In this document: positions 27,470 through 35,769 of the stretch, in pieces
Position numbering within the stretch: position 1 is the stretch's first letter
How the letters are laid out: every line of letters begins with the position of its first letter
Assembly (NCBI GenBank): GCA_036660635.1
Contig: JAVXAF010000002.1
Location: forward strand, 23,657-87,656
Reading direction: 5' to 3'
Origin: Clostridia bacterium
GTDB taxonomy: Bacteria > Bacillota > Clostridia > TANB77 > CAG-465
Length of the DNA: 64,000 nt
The notes under the pieces: generated by a model
Databases searched by the model: none
What the model saw: the letters and a program-made list of their open reading frames with translations, nothing else
Told to the model about the DNA's origin: nothing
Program-made: the position numbers and the translations under genes

Positions 27470-28159
27470 ATGAAACACAAATACATTATTGCACTTTTTT
27501 GCATTTTTATGTTTATTACAGTAATTTGTATAAATTCTAGTAAAGAAGTACAGGTAAAAGAAACATTTAGTAGTATTCAAACTAAGGCTTTTTGTAATGT
27601 GCTTACTATAAAGGAAAATAGCGATAAGTATGATATAGAAGTTTTTTATCCAGAGACAAAATATGAACAATTAAATAAAATTATAAAAGACAAAATTGAT
27701 ACTTATATATCTGATTTTAAAAAAGAAGCAAATGAAAATATTGTTAAGAGTACTTTAATAATAAAATTTGATTCTTATGAATATAAAGAATATGTTTCAT
27801 ATCTTTTTAGGAATGTTGTTGATTTTGGCGGAGCACATCCAAATACATATTCGTCTAGTGTTAATTTTGATACTAAAAAATTAAAGGAAATAACAATAAA
27901 AGATTTGATCCAAAAAAATAAAAAATTTTTACTTTTTTTGTCAGAGTTTGCTTTTGACAATTTAAAGAACGTTAAGGATATGATAAAAGGAAATGATTTT
28001 ACTATGCTAAAAGATGGAACATTACCAAAGCAGGAAAATTTTCAAAATTTTGTATTTGATAAAGACGGAATCAAATTCTTTTTTGATAGATATCAAGTTG
28101 CTCCATATTATTTAGGTGAATTTAATGTAATTGTACCGTATGATAAAGTTAATATCTAA
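27470..28159 (+). CDS. Exported DUF3298/DUF4163-like protein
   Basis: N-terminal signal/anchor. Motifs are VDFGGAHPNTY and the C-terminal FFFDRYQVAPYYLGEFNVIVPY. Confidence 0.55.
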   Translation: MKHKYIIALFCIFMFITVICINSSKEVQVKETFSSIQTKAFCNVLTIKENSDKYDIEVFYPETKYEQLNKIIKDKIDTYISDFKKEANENIVKSTLIIKFDSYEYKEYVSYLFRNVVDFGGAHPNTYSSSVNFDTKKLKEITIKDLIQKNKKFLLFLSEFAFDNLKNVKDMIKGNDFTMLKDGTLPKQENFQNFVFDKDGIKFFFDRYQVAPYYLGEFNVIVPYDKVNI

Positions 28160-28182
28160 TATATTATTAAATTGTATAAAAA

Positions 28183-28228
28183 AAAAATCCTTTCAAATAC
28201 TAATGGTAAGTAATTGAAAGGATTTTTT
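28183..28228 (+). terminator. Rho-independent terminator
   Basis: Perfect 14-bp stem AAAAATCCTTTCAA / TTGAAAGGATTTTT ending in a T run. The track's TTG 28214 start falls inside this stem. Confidence 0.7.
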
Positions 28229-29632
28229 ATGCAAGTTTCAAAAAAAATAAATATAAATGAATTCAAAATGGATAGCAGTTTGGATTTAAAAAACAATTAT
28301 GATATCATAAAAAAACATATAAAAGTTGGTTCAAAACAAGGATGCTTCTACTATATAGATGGATTTTTAAAAGAAAAAATTATGACAAATATAATGGAGG
28401 CTATTTTAAAGATAACTCCTGAACAAATCAGTAGTATAAAAACTGCTGAAGAGTTTTCAAGCAATTTTTTGAATTATCCAGAAATTGAAATTCAAACTGA
28501 TTTTAATATGATATTTCAAAATATATTATCTGGATGTCTTATTTTTTTTATAGATGATTTTGATCAGAGCATAATAATTGATATTAGAAAATACCCAAAT
28601 AGAAGTATAGAAGAACCTGAAAATGATAAAGTTTTAAGAGGAGCAAAAGATGGATTTATAGAGACACCGATAGTAAATATTGCTCTAATAAGAAGAAGAA
28701 TTAGGAGTCTTGATCTAAAAGTAGAGTATTTTAATTTAGGAGAAGAAACTCATAGTGATGTTGTTATTTGTTATATGCAAAGTAAAGTTGATGGTGAAAA
28801 GCTCGAAAATTTAAAAAATAAAATATCAAATTTAAAGGTTAAGTCACTAACTAATGGTAGTCAGAGCTTAATTGAATCTCTTAGTACTAAAAAATGGATA
28901 AATCCATTTCCAAAAGTAAAATTCACATCAAGACCTGATATTGCAGCAAGTAATCTACTTGAGGGGCGCATAATTTTAATGGCTGATAATACACCATCTG
29001 TTGCAATTGTTCCGACATTTATACTTGATTTTTTTCAAGAGGCTGAGGATTACTATTTTCCACCCCCTACTGGTAATTTTATACGTTTTACAAGAATATT
29101 ACTAGCAATTATTTCTACGTTTGTAACACCGTTATGGCTTTTAGCAATAAAAAATTTGAGCTTATTGCCTACTTGGCTTGCTTTTTTAGAACCTAAAGAA
29201 ATGGCAGGCATTCCGACATTAATTCAGTTACTATTTCTTGAGTTTTCGGTTGAAGCATTAAGGGCGGCAAGTGTTAATACACCCGCAATGATATCAACCT
29301 CAGTTGCTTTAATTGGTACAATTATAATAGGAGATATTGCAGTTGTAAGTAAAATAATAATGCCAGAAGCATTGCTTTTTACAGCTTTTGCAACCATAGG
29401 ATTTTATTGCCAATCATCATTTGAGTTTGGATATGCATTAAAATATGTAAGAATGATGTTATTGATTTTAGTGGGACTATTTAATTTTTATGGCTTGGCA
29501 ATAGGTATAATTATAACAATTTTAATGATGGCTTTTAATAAAACTATTACAAAAGATAGTTTTATTTATCCATTAATTCCTTTTAATTTTAAAGATCTTA
29601 AAAAAAGTTTAATAAGAACTAAAAATATTTAG
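28229..29632 (+). CDS. GerA-family spore germination protein (A-subunit type), no B or C subunit genes adjacent
   Basis: KYPNRSIEEPENDKVLRGAKDGFIETPIVNIALIRRRI and a C-terminal multi-TM region are typical of GerAA/SpoVAF-type proteins. I set the start at ATG 28229. Confidence 0.8.
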   Translation: MQVSKKININEFKMDSSLDLKNNYDIIKKHIKVGSKQGCFYYIDGFLKEKIMTNIMEAILKITPEQISSIKTAEEFSSNFLNYPEIEIQTDFNMIFQNILSGCLIFFIDDFDQSIIIDIRKYPNRSIEEPENDKVLRGAKDGFIETPIVNIALIRRRIRSLDLKVEYFNLGEETHSDVVICYMQSKVDGEKLENLKNKISNLKVKSLTNGSQSLIESLSTKKWINPFPKVKFTSRPDIAASNLLEGRIILMADNTPSVAIVPTFILDFFQEAEDYYFPPPTGNFIRFTRILLAIISTFVTPLWLLAIKNLSLLPTWLAFLEPKEMAGIPTLIQLLFLEFSVEALRAASVNTPAMISTSVALIGTIIIGDIAVVSKIIMPEALLFTAFATIGFYCQSSFEFGYALKYVRMMLLILVGLFNFYGLAIGIIITILMMAFNKTITKDSFIYPLIPFNFKDLKKSLIRTKNI

Positions 29633-29731
29633 ATTTTTTTAAAACTCTTATTAGTATAACTAATCATAAAAAAAAAGTCGAATAATATAATATAGTAGTA
29701 CATTAATTGTTTGATTTTTTTGAGGTGAAAT

Positions 29732-30952
29732 ATGTTAAAAATAAATAATAAAATAAAAGTAATGTTTTGTATAACTATGAGCTTTTTGATTTTTGCAAAT
29801 AGTATATTAGGAGTTGGATATATATATAAACTAGAAAAAACAAAGGAGAAGGAATCTAGTATAAGTACAATTGCCACCCCTGAGTTTAATTTTCAATCAG
29901 AGTCTCAGTATTTGATTGAACCATATAGTGGTAACGTACTATATGCCAATAATGAAGATGAAAAACTTTTACCAGCATCAGTAACCAAAGTAATGACCTT
30001 ACTATTAATAATGGAACAAATTGATTCTGGAAAAGTATCATATGATGATAAAGTTACATGTAGCGCTAATGCATCAAAAATGGGTGGTTCTCAAATTTGG
30101 TTTAAAGAAGGTGAGCAATTAACAATTGATGAAGCACTTAAGGCAATATGCGTTGTTAGTGCAAATGATGTAACGGTTGCAATTGCAGAAATGATTGGTG
30201 GAACAGAAAGCAATTTTGTTAGTATGATGAATAAAAAAGCACAAGAATTAGGTATGTCAAATACATGTTTTAAAAATTCTCATGGAATAGATGAAGATGG
30301 ACACTATAGCACAGCTAAAGATATTGCAATAATGTCATCTGAACTTATAAAAAAACATCCTAATATATTAAAATATACTTCGATATGGATGGATACACTA
30401 AGAGATGGAACATTTACTCTTAGTAACACCAATAATTTGATTAGATATTATGAGGGCGCAAATGGACTTAAAACAGGGTCTACATCTAAAGCTCTATTTA
30501 ATTTGGCGTCCAGTGCAACAAGAGATGGAACAACTTTTTTAGCTGTTATAATGAGAGCACCATCTTCTGCTATAAGAGCAGAAGAATCTAAGCAATTGTT
30601 AAATTATGCTTTTTCTACATATGAAACACAAAATATATATTCAAAAGGAGTAAGCGTAGACAGCATAAATATAAATAAGGATATAACGGGTGAAAAAGAG
30701 GTTATTACAAAAGATGATATAAAATCATTAATTGAAAAAGGTAACAAAATCAATACAATATTTAAAATCACATATGATAAAGTAAAAGCACCTATTTTAA
30801 AAGATGAATCAATAGGCAAAATAGAGGTGTTTGAAGAAAAAACAGGCAAAAAAATAGGAGAAACATCTCTTACTTTAAAAGAAGATTCACTAAAATCTGG
30901 AATAAAACAATATTTAAGAAAAGTTTTGGATATTTTTATGTTAAATATATAA
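29732..30952 (+). CDS. D-alanyl-D-alanine carboxypeptidase (PBP5-type, DacB/DacF-like)
   Basis: SVTKVMT is an SxxK motif, SANDV an SxN motif and KTGST a KTG motif. A signal peptide and a C-terminal PBP5-C domain are present. Confidence 0.9.
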   Translation: MLKINNKIKVMFCITMSFLIFANSILGVGYIYKLEKTKEKESSISTIATPEFNFQSESQYLIEPYSGNVLYANNEDEKLLPASVTKVMTLLLIMEQIDSGKVSYDDKVTCSANASKMGGSQIWFKEGEQLTIDEALKAICVVSANDVTVAIAEMIGGTESNFVSMMNKKAQELGMSNTCFKNSHGIDEDGHYSTAKDIAIMSSELIKKHPNILKYTSIWMDTLRDGTFTLSNTNNLIRYYEGANGLKTGSTSKALFNLASSATRDGTTFLAVIMRAPSSAIRAEESKQLLNYAFSTYETQNIYSKGVSVDSININKDITGEKEVITKDDIKSLIEKGNKINTIFKITYDKVKAPILKDESIGKIEVFEEKTGKKIGETSLTLKEDSLKSGIKQYLRKVLDIFMLNI

Positions 30953-31032
30953 AATTAAATATTGAGTGCTATAGATAAAAGGTAGTAAATAAAATTAATT
31001 TTAAAAAATAAAAAAATAAATAAGAATTTTAT

Positions 31033-31068
31033 AAAAAAGTGAAGATTTTTAAATGTTCACTTTTTTTT
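31033..31068 (+). terminator. Rho-independent terminator after the carboxypeptidase gene
   Basis: Stem AAAAGTGAA / TTCACTTTT followed by a T run. Confidence 0.7.
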
Positions 31069-31184
31069 CATGGCAGAAAATGTCGTAATAGCAAAAGAAA
31101 AGAGACCTATATTTCAAAAGCATTACACGTATATTACATTTTCGTTTAAATGAATAAAACTAAATAAAAATAGAGCATAAGAGA

Positions 31185-31213
31185 TTGAAAAAAACTTATT
31201 AATAATATATACT
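31185..31213 (+). promoter_or_regulatory. Candidate sigma-A-type promoter of the Tad-like locus
   Basis: TTGAAA, 17 nt spacer, TATACT, about 50 nt upstream of the first gene. Chance matches of this kind are common in AT-rich DNA. Confidence 0.3.
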
Positions 31214-31263
31214 TAATTAGTAATAAGGAATTTAAACAAAAAATGTTTTGTGGAGGTAAATAT

Positions 31264-32298
31264 ATGATTGGAATGGGTCAAATCAAGAGGAAACAAATGC
31301 AAGGAATAGCTATTGGAATAGCTATTGGTATAGTTGGAATAGCAGCAACTATTTGGATATGTGTATCTATAATTAAAACATATCAAGAGGGAACAAACAA
31401 AAGCTATAATAAAACGTATACTCAAATGGTAGCGGTTCTTACAAAAGATGTTATACAAGGAGAAAATATTACAAACGATATGGTAAGCGAAGTTAGAGTA
31501 CATAAAAGTACAGTACCTACTGGTGCTTTAAGCATAAGCGATATAGTAGGGCAAGTTGCAAAATTTAATATTGCAGCAAATGTGCCACTTACATCTTCTA
31601 TGATAACAACTGAAATAATAGCAGCAGATATAAGAATACAAGAAATAAATACAATACTTATGCCATCTGATTTAAAAGAGGGCGAAAATATAGATGTTAG
31701 AATAATGTTTCCAAATGGTACAGATTATATAGTATTAGCACAAAAACAAGTTAGCAAAATTGCTGGTGCTACAATGTGGTTAAAACTTGGAGAAGACGAA
31801 AGATTGATTTTAAATAGTGCAATGGTAGATTCATTCTTAAATGAAGGAACAAAACTTTATGCAACAAAGTATGCAGATAGTGACGCACAAATAAAAATAT
31901 CTGATGATGCTTCAAACAAAGCACAAGGATATGTGACAGAAGAGATTAAAAAAGAAATGAGTAAAATTAAAACTGCAGATGAAAAAACAATTACTGATAT
32001 GTTATTTAACTTAGTAATAAAGTATAAAAACTTTGCTGCAACTGTAACAAGAACAGCAGAAAACTATCAACCAAATTCACAAGTTATGGCTATGATGAAA
32101 ACAAATACAATTATATTAGATCAAGCTAAAGAAAAATTAAGTAATGAGGCTAGAGCAAATATAGAGTCTGGAATAAATAGTTATGAGTCAATAACTGGTG
32201 ATAAATATTCAAACGTTGTCTCAGGAGCACAAAGTTCAATCAACAATCAAAAAACAACAAGAAATGAAATTATAACTGGTGCTACTACAAAAGAATAA
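31264..32298 (+). CDS. CpaB/RcpC-like Flp pilus assembly protein (N-terminal TM, SAF-like domain, extended C-terminus)
   Basis: TM is GIAIGIAIGIVGIAATIWICVSII. The SAF-like stretch is VAVLTKDVIQGENITNDMVSEVRVHKSTVPTGAL. The RcpC-like stretch is IRIQEINTILMPSDLKEGENIDVRIMF...IVLAQKQVSKI. I chose ATG 31264, which has a GGAGGT RBS. Confidence 0.7.
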   Translation: MIGMGQIKRKQMQGIAIGIAIGIVGIAATIWICVSIIKTYQEGTNKSYNKTYTQMVAVLTKDVIQGENITNDMVSEVRVHKSTVPTGALSISDIVGQVAKFNIAANVPLTSSMITTEIIAADIRIQEINTILMPSDLKEGENIDVRIMFPNGTDYIVLAQKQVSKIAGATMWLKLGEDERLILNSAMVDSFLNEGTKLYATKYADSDAQIKISDDASNKAQGYVTEEIKKEMSKIKTADEKTITDMLFNLVIKYKNFAATVTRTAENYQPNSQVMAMMKTNTIILDQAKEKLSNEARANIESGINSYESITGDKYSNVVSGAQSSINNQKTTRNEIITGATTKE

Positions 32299-32319
32299 TA
32301 AAAAATAGGAGGAAAACAG

Positions 32320-33030
32320 ATGCAAGTAATTGGATTAATAGGGTATGTAGATAAATATGACTTTGCTATAAATTTAGCTAAAGCAATAAATGTTATGAAC
32401 AAATCCGTTTTAGTAGTTGATGCTACAAATGATAAAAAGTTGCAAGCTATAATACCGTCATTGGATAATATAGGAGATGCATACATAACGCAGTACAATA
32501 ATATAGATTTTGCTCTTGGATTTAAAAGCTTACATGATATTGAAAATTATACGGCGGAGCAAGGAATTAATTTATCACTGTATGATTATATTTTAATAGA
32601 TATAGACACCACTGCTACATATGAGTTATTTAGAAGTAGAAATTTTGATAGAACATACTTTTTTATAGATACAAGTGTTTTATCAGTATCAAAAAACAAA
32701 GAATTGGTAAAATCAATGAGAGTATATAACAAAGAAGAAGCTTTAAAAATTACTAAAGTTTTATATAGGGCCTATATGTCAAGAGCTGCTGAGGAGTATT
32801 TTGAAAATCAAATTGAATCATATAATGTAGAGTGGCAAGAGCCTGAGTATGAAATACCAATAGATGAAATAGATAAAATTACTGATATTGATTCACAGTT
32901 TTCAGGTATAATTGAAATTAGAAAACATAGTAAAATGTTCATAAATACTATTGCGGATTTAACATCTGAGATATTAGATGAGGTTACCGCAAAAGAAGTT
33001 ATAAGAGAAATTAAAAGGAGGAAGGATTAA
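32320..33030 (+). CDS. ParA/MinD-fold TadZ/CpaE-like protein with degenerate Walker A
   Basis: VIGLIGYVDKYDFAINLAKAI...KSVLVVDA is collinear with the IAVxSxKGGVGKTTxAxNLA...VLLxD pattern, but the P-loop lysine/GKT is absent. A Walker B-like YDYILIDID is present. Confidence 0.5.
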   Translation: MQVIGLIGYVDKYDFAINLAKAINVMNKSVLVVDATNDKKLQAIIPSLDNIGDAYITQYNNIDFALGFKSLHDIENYTAEQGINLSLYDYILIDIDTTATYELFRSRNFDRTYFFIDTSVLSVSKNKELVKSMRVYNKEEALKITKVLYRAYMSRAAEEYFENQIESYNVEWQEPEYEIPIDEIDKITDIDSQFSGIIEIRKHSKMFINTIADLTSEILDEVTAKEVIREIKRRKD

Positions 33031-33845
33031 TGCCAAGAATTGCTTTTTGGAGCCCTGATGCCAGTATGACTGGTAACACACATGTCGCAATAGCTGTAAG
33101 TTCTTTGATGGGAATTACGCACAAATCAACATGTTTGTTAATGCAAGGAAATTATAATTCAAGAAAAATAGAAGCATCATTTACATCATATGATCAGCTA
33201 AAAGCTAGTGGAGCATTTGAGAGCTCTAACTTAGGAATTAATGCTTTAATAAGACTTGTAACTAGTAGCAAGCTTACATCTGACGCAATTGAAAATTATG
33301 CAAAACCAGTTTTAAAAGATAGATTAGATGTATTATATGGTATGAACTCAAAAGATATAGAGGGATATTCTCAATTAGTAAATAATTTACCTTATATAAT
33401 TAGAAAAGCAGCAGAAATTTACGATATTGTTTTTATAGATATTCCAAAAACACTTGATGAACAGTATACAAAAGCTACACTAAAAGATGCGGAAATTGTT
33501 ATATGTGTGGTAAATCAAGATGTTGTAAAATTGGATGAGTTTTTTAATACATTAAATAATTCAGATGAATTAAAAGATAAACAAAAGATTATTGTTATTG
33601 GCGATTATGAAAATAAGTCTAAACTTAATATATCAAATATAAAATTAAAATATGGCGTAAAAGAGCCAATATATGCTCTACCACATAACTATATATTTTC
33701 TGATGCTTGTAATAGTGGTACTATATTAGACTTCCTATATAGAAATCTTAATGCTGATTCTAAAGATTATAATGGGAATTTTATATTCCAAGCATTACAA
33801 ATTGTAGAAAGAATTGTAGAACTTGGCAAAATAAAAGATAATTAA
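33030..33845 (+). CDS. Second ParA/MinD-fold TadZ/CpaE-like protein with degenerate Walker A
   Basis: IAFWSPDASMTGNTHVAIAVSS stands in place of the P-loop. YDIVFIDIP is Walker B-like. Its start overlaps the upstream stop (TAATG), implying translational coupling. Confidence 0.55.
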   Translation: MPRIAFWSPDASMTGNTHVAIAVSSLMGITHKSTCLLMQGNYNSRKIEASFTSYDQLKASGAFESSNLGINALIRLVTSSKLTSDAIENYAKPVLKDRLDVLYGMNSKDIEGYSQLVNNLPYIIRKAAEIYDIVFIDIPKTLDEQYTKATLKDAEIVICVVNQDVVKLDEFFNTLNNSDELKDKQKIIVIGDYENKSKLNISNIKLKYGVKEPIYALPHNYIFSDACNSGTILDFLYRNLNADSKDYNGNFIFQALQIVERIVELGKIKDN

Positions 33846-33870
33846 AAACTAAAATAAAAGAGGTGAGAAA

Positions 33871-35763
33871 ATGTCAATTGCATTTATATTTAATATTATA
33901 TTAATCATATTACTTATAGGGTTTGTTATAGCATTTTTTGTATATAAAATAAAAAAAGCAGATACAAAAGAAGAAAAATCAGATATAACAAGAGAAAAAG
34001 AAAAATATAGTTTGGAAACAATGCAAGAATATATAAAAAAGCAATTTGATGAAATTACTAGAATGAATTTATATGATCTTGCTTTATCAGAAGAAGAATT
34101 TGAAAGAAGAAAAAATGTTAAATATGAATTAAAAAAGGCTTTAAGAGGCGCTGGATATGCTGACAAAAAAGATAAAAAATATGTAAAGACTTTGATGTTT
34201 GACCTTTTGAGAAATAATTATAAAGTAAATAATTTTAATATCAATAATGCAATACCTTTTAGTGATTTTGACAGATTAACTCCTCAAGATAAATTTGAAA
34301 TCTTATTGCATATATATAAAAAAGAATTTAAAGCAGACGCTTTAAGTGAAATAATCACAAAATATACTTTAGATTATCCAAAATATGAGTTTGACTCTCA
34401 AGTGCCTTCATACGTAATAACTGCTAAAGAAATTTCGGATATATTTGAGAAAGAAGTGTCAGAAGATACATTATCTTTTGAAGATAAATTAGAAATATTA
34501 GTACAAAGAATATATCAAAAATATAAAGGTTATAGCGTTGTAGACGATATTCGTGATATGAATATTGATGGAATATCTGGAGGAGTATCTGGTATACCTC
34601 CTTCATTTCTAGACCAATTAAGTGATATGAGCGATTATTTAGATCAAATGCAAGATAGAAAAATACCTATGTCTTATGATTCAATTTGGATATTTTATAA
34701 AGGTAAAGCAACATATTTGTCGTTTTTATCTTTTGGCAGTGAAGCTGAGCTAAAAAGAGTATGTCAAAACATATATAAATACAATAATCCAGGGCAACTC
34801 TCTGAGTCTGTTGGTTTTAAAATCAATGAGATGAAAGATGGTTCACGTGTAGTTGTTTTAAGACCTAACTTTTCAGAGTCTTGGGCATTTTTCGTAAGAA
34901 AGTTTGCTCCACCAACTCTTATTTCTCCGGAACAATTATTAGTACATAAAAATAAAGAGACTGTAATAGAACTGCTTAAATATTTAATTAGAGGTGCTAG
35001 AGTAACAGCAATAACTGGTGAACAAGGTTGTGGTAAAACAACACTTTTAATGGCTATAATGAAATATTTGTATCCAACAATAACAATTCGTGTACAAGAG
35101 ACAGCTTTTGAATTACATTTAAGAAAAATATATCCTTATCATAACATTTTATCTTTAAGAGAAACTGATACAATAACAGGACAACAAGGTCTTGACGTAC
35201 AAAAGAAAACTGATGGAGGCGTTAATATATTAGGAGAGGTCGCAACTGATCCGGTTGCCGCTTGGATGATTCAAATGGCACAGGTTGCTTCAAAATTTAC
35301 ATTATTTACTCATCATGCTAAAACGTTTCCTAACTTGATTACAGCACTTAGAAACTCACTTTTAAAAATAGGAATGTTTAACTCAGAAAACGTGGCAGAA
35401 GTGCAAGTTGTACAAGTTATAAACTTTGATATACATTTAAAAAGAGGCGTTGATGGAACTAGATACATTGAAAGAATAACAGAATGTATACCATTGGAAC
35501 CAACGTTTAATTACAATGAAGATTATAAAAAAGTAAAAGATATGGACAAAAAACTAGATAAATTCATGGACAACACTGTAGAATATTTTAGACATATGAC
35601 ACAAACAAGCAATTATACATATAAAAATATAATTGAATTTGTCGATGGAGAATACGTATTTAAAAATCCAATTTCTGAAGATAATATAAAAGCAATGAGA
35701 GACAATATGTCACCAGAAGATGTCAAGGAATTTGACAATTTCATTGATAGAGCTTGGAGGTGA
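33871..35763 (+). CDS. CpaF/TadA-type (VirB11-like) secretion ATPase with N-terminal TM anchor and about 340-aa N-terminal extension
   Basis: Walker A is ITGEQGCGKTTLLMAI. VQETAFEL replaces the usual IEDxxEL. LGEVATDP replaces GEVRGxE. The His box is LFTHHAKT. The N-terminus IAFIFNIILIILLIGFVIAFFVY is a predicted TM helix. Confidence 0.85.
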   Translation: MSIAFIFNIILIILLIGFVIAFFVYKIKKADTKEEKSDITREKEKYSLETMQEYIKKQFDEITRMNLYDLALSEEEFERRKNVKYELKKALRGAGYADKKDKKYVKTLMFDLLRNNYKVNNFNINNAIPFSDFDRLTPQDKFEILLHIYKKEFKADALSEIITKYTLDYPKYEFDSQVPSYVITAKEISDIFEKEVSEDTLSFEDKLEILVQRIYQKYKGYSVVDDIRDMNIDGISGGVSGIPPSFLDQLSDMSDYLDQMQDRKIPMSYDSIWIFYKGKATYLSFLSFGSEAELKRVCQNIYKYNNPGQLSESVGFKINEMKDGSRVVVLRPNFSESWAFFVRKFAPPTLISPEQLLVHKNKETVIELLKYLIRGARVTAITGEQGCGKTTLLMAIMKYLYPTITIRVQETAFELHLRKIYPYHNILSLRETDTITGQQGLDVQKKTDGGVNILGEVATDPVAAWMIQMAQVASKFTLFTHHAKTFPNLITALRNSLLKIGMFNSENVAEVQVVQVINFDIHLKRGVDGTRYIERITECIPLEPTFNYNEDYKKVKDMDKKLDKFMDNTVEYFRHMTQTSNYTYKNIIEFVDGEYVFKNPISEDNIKAMRDNMSPEDVKEFDNFIDRAWR

Positions 35764-35769
35764 TAGTAC

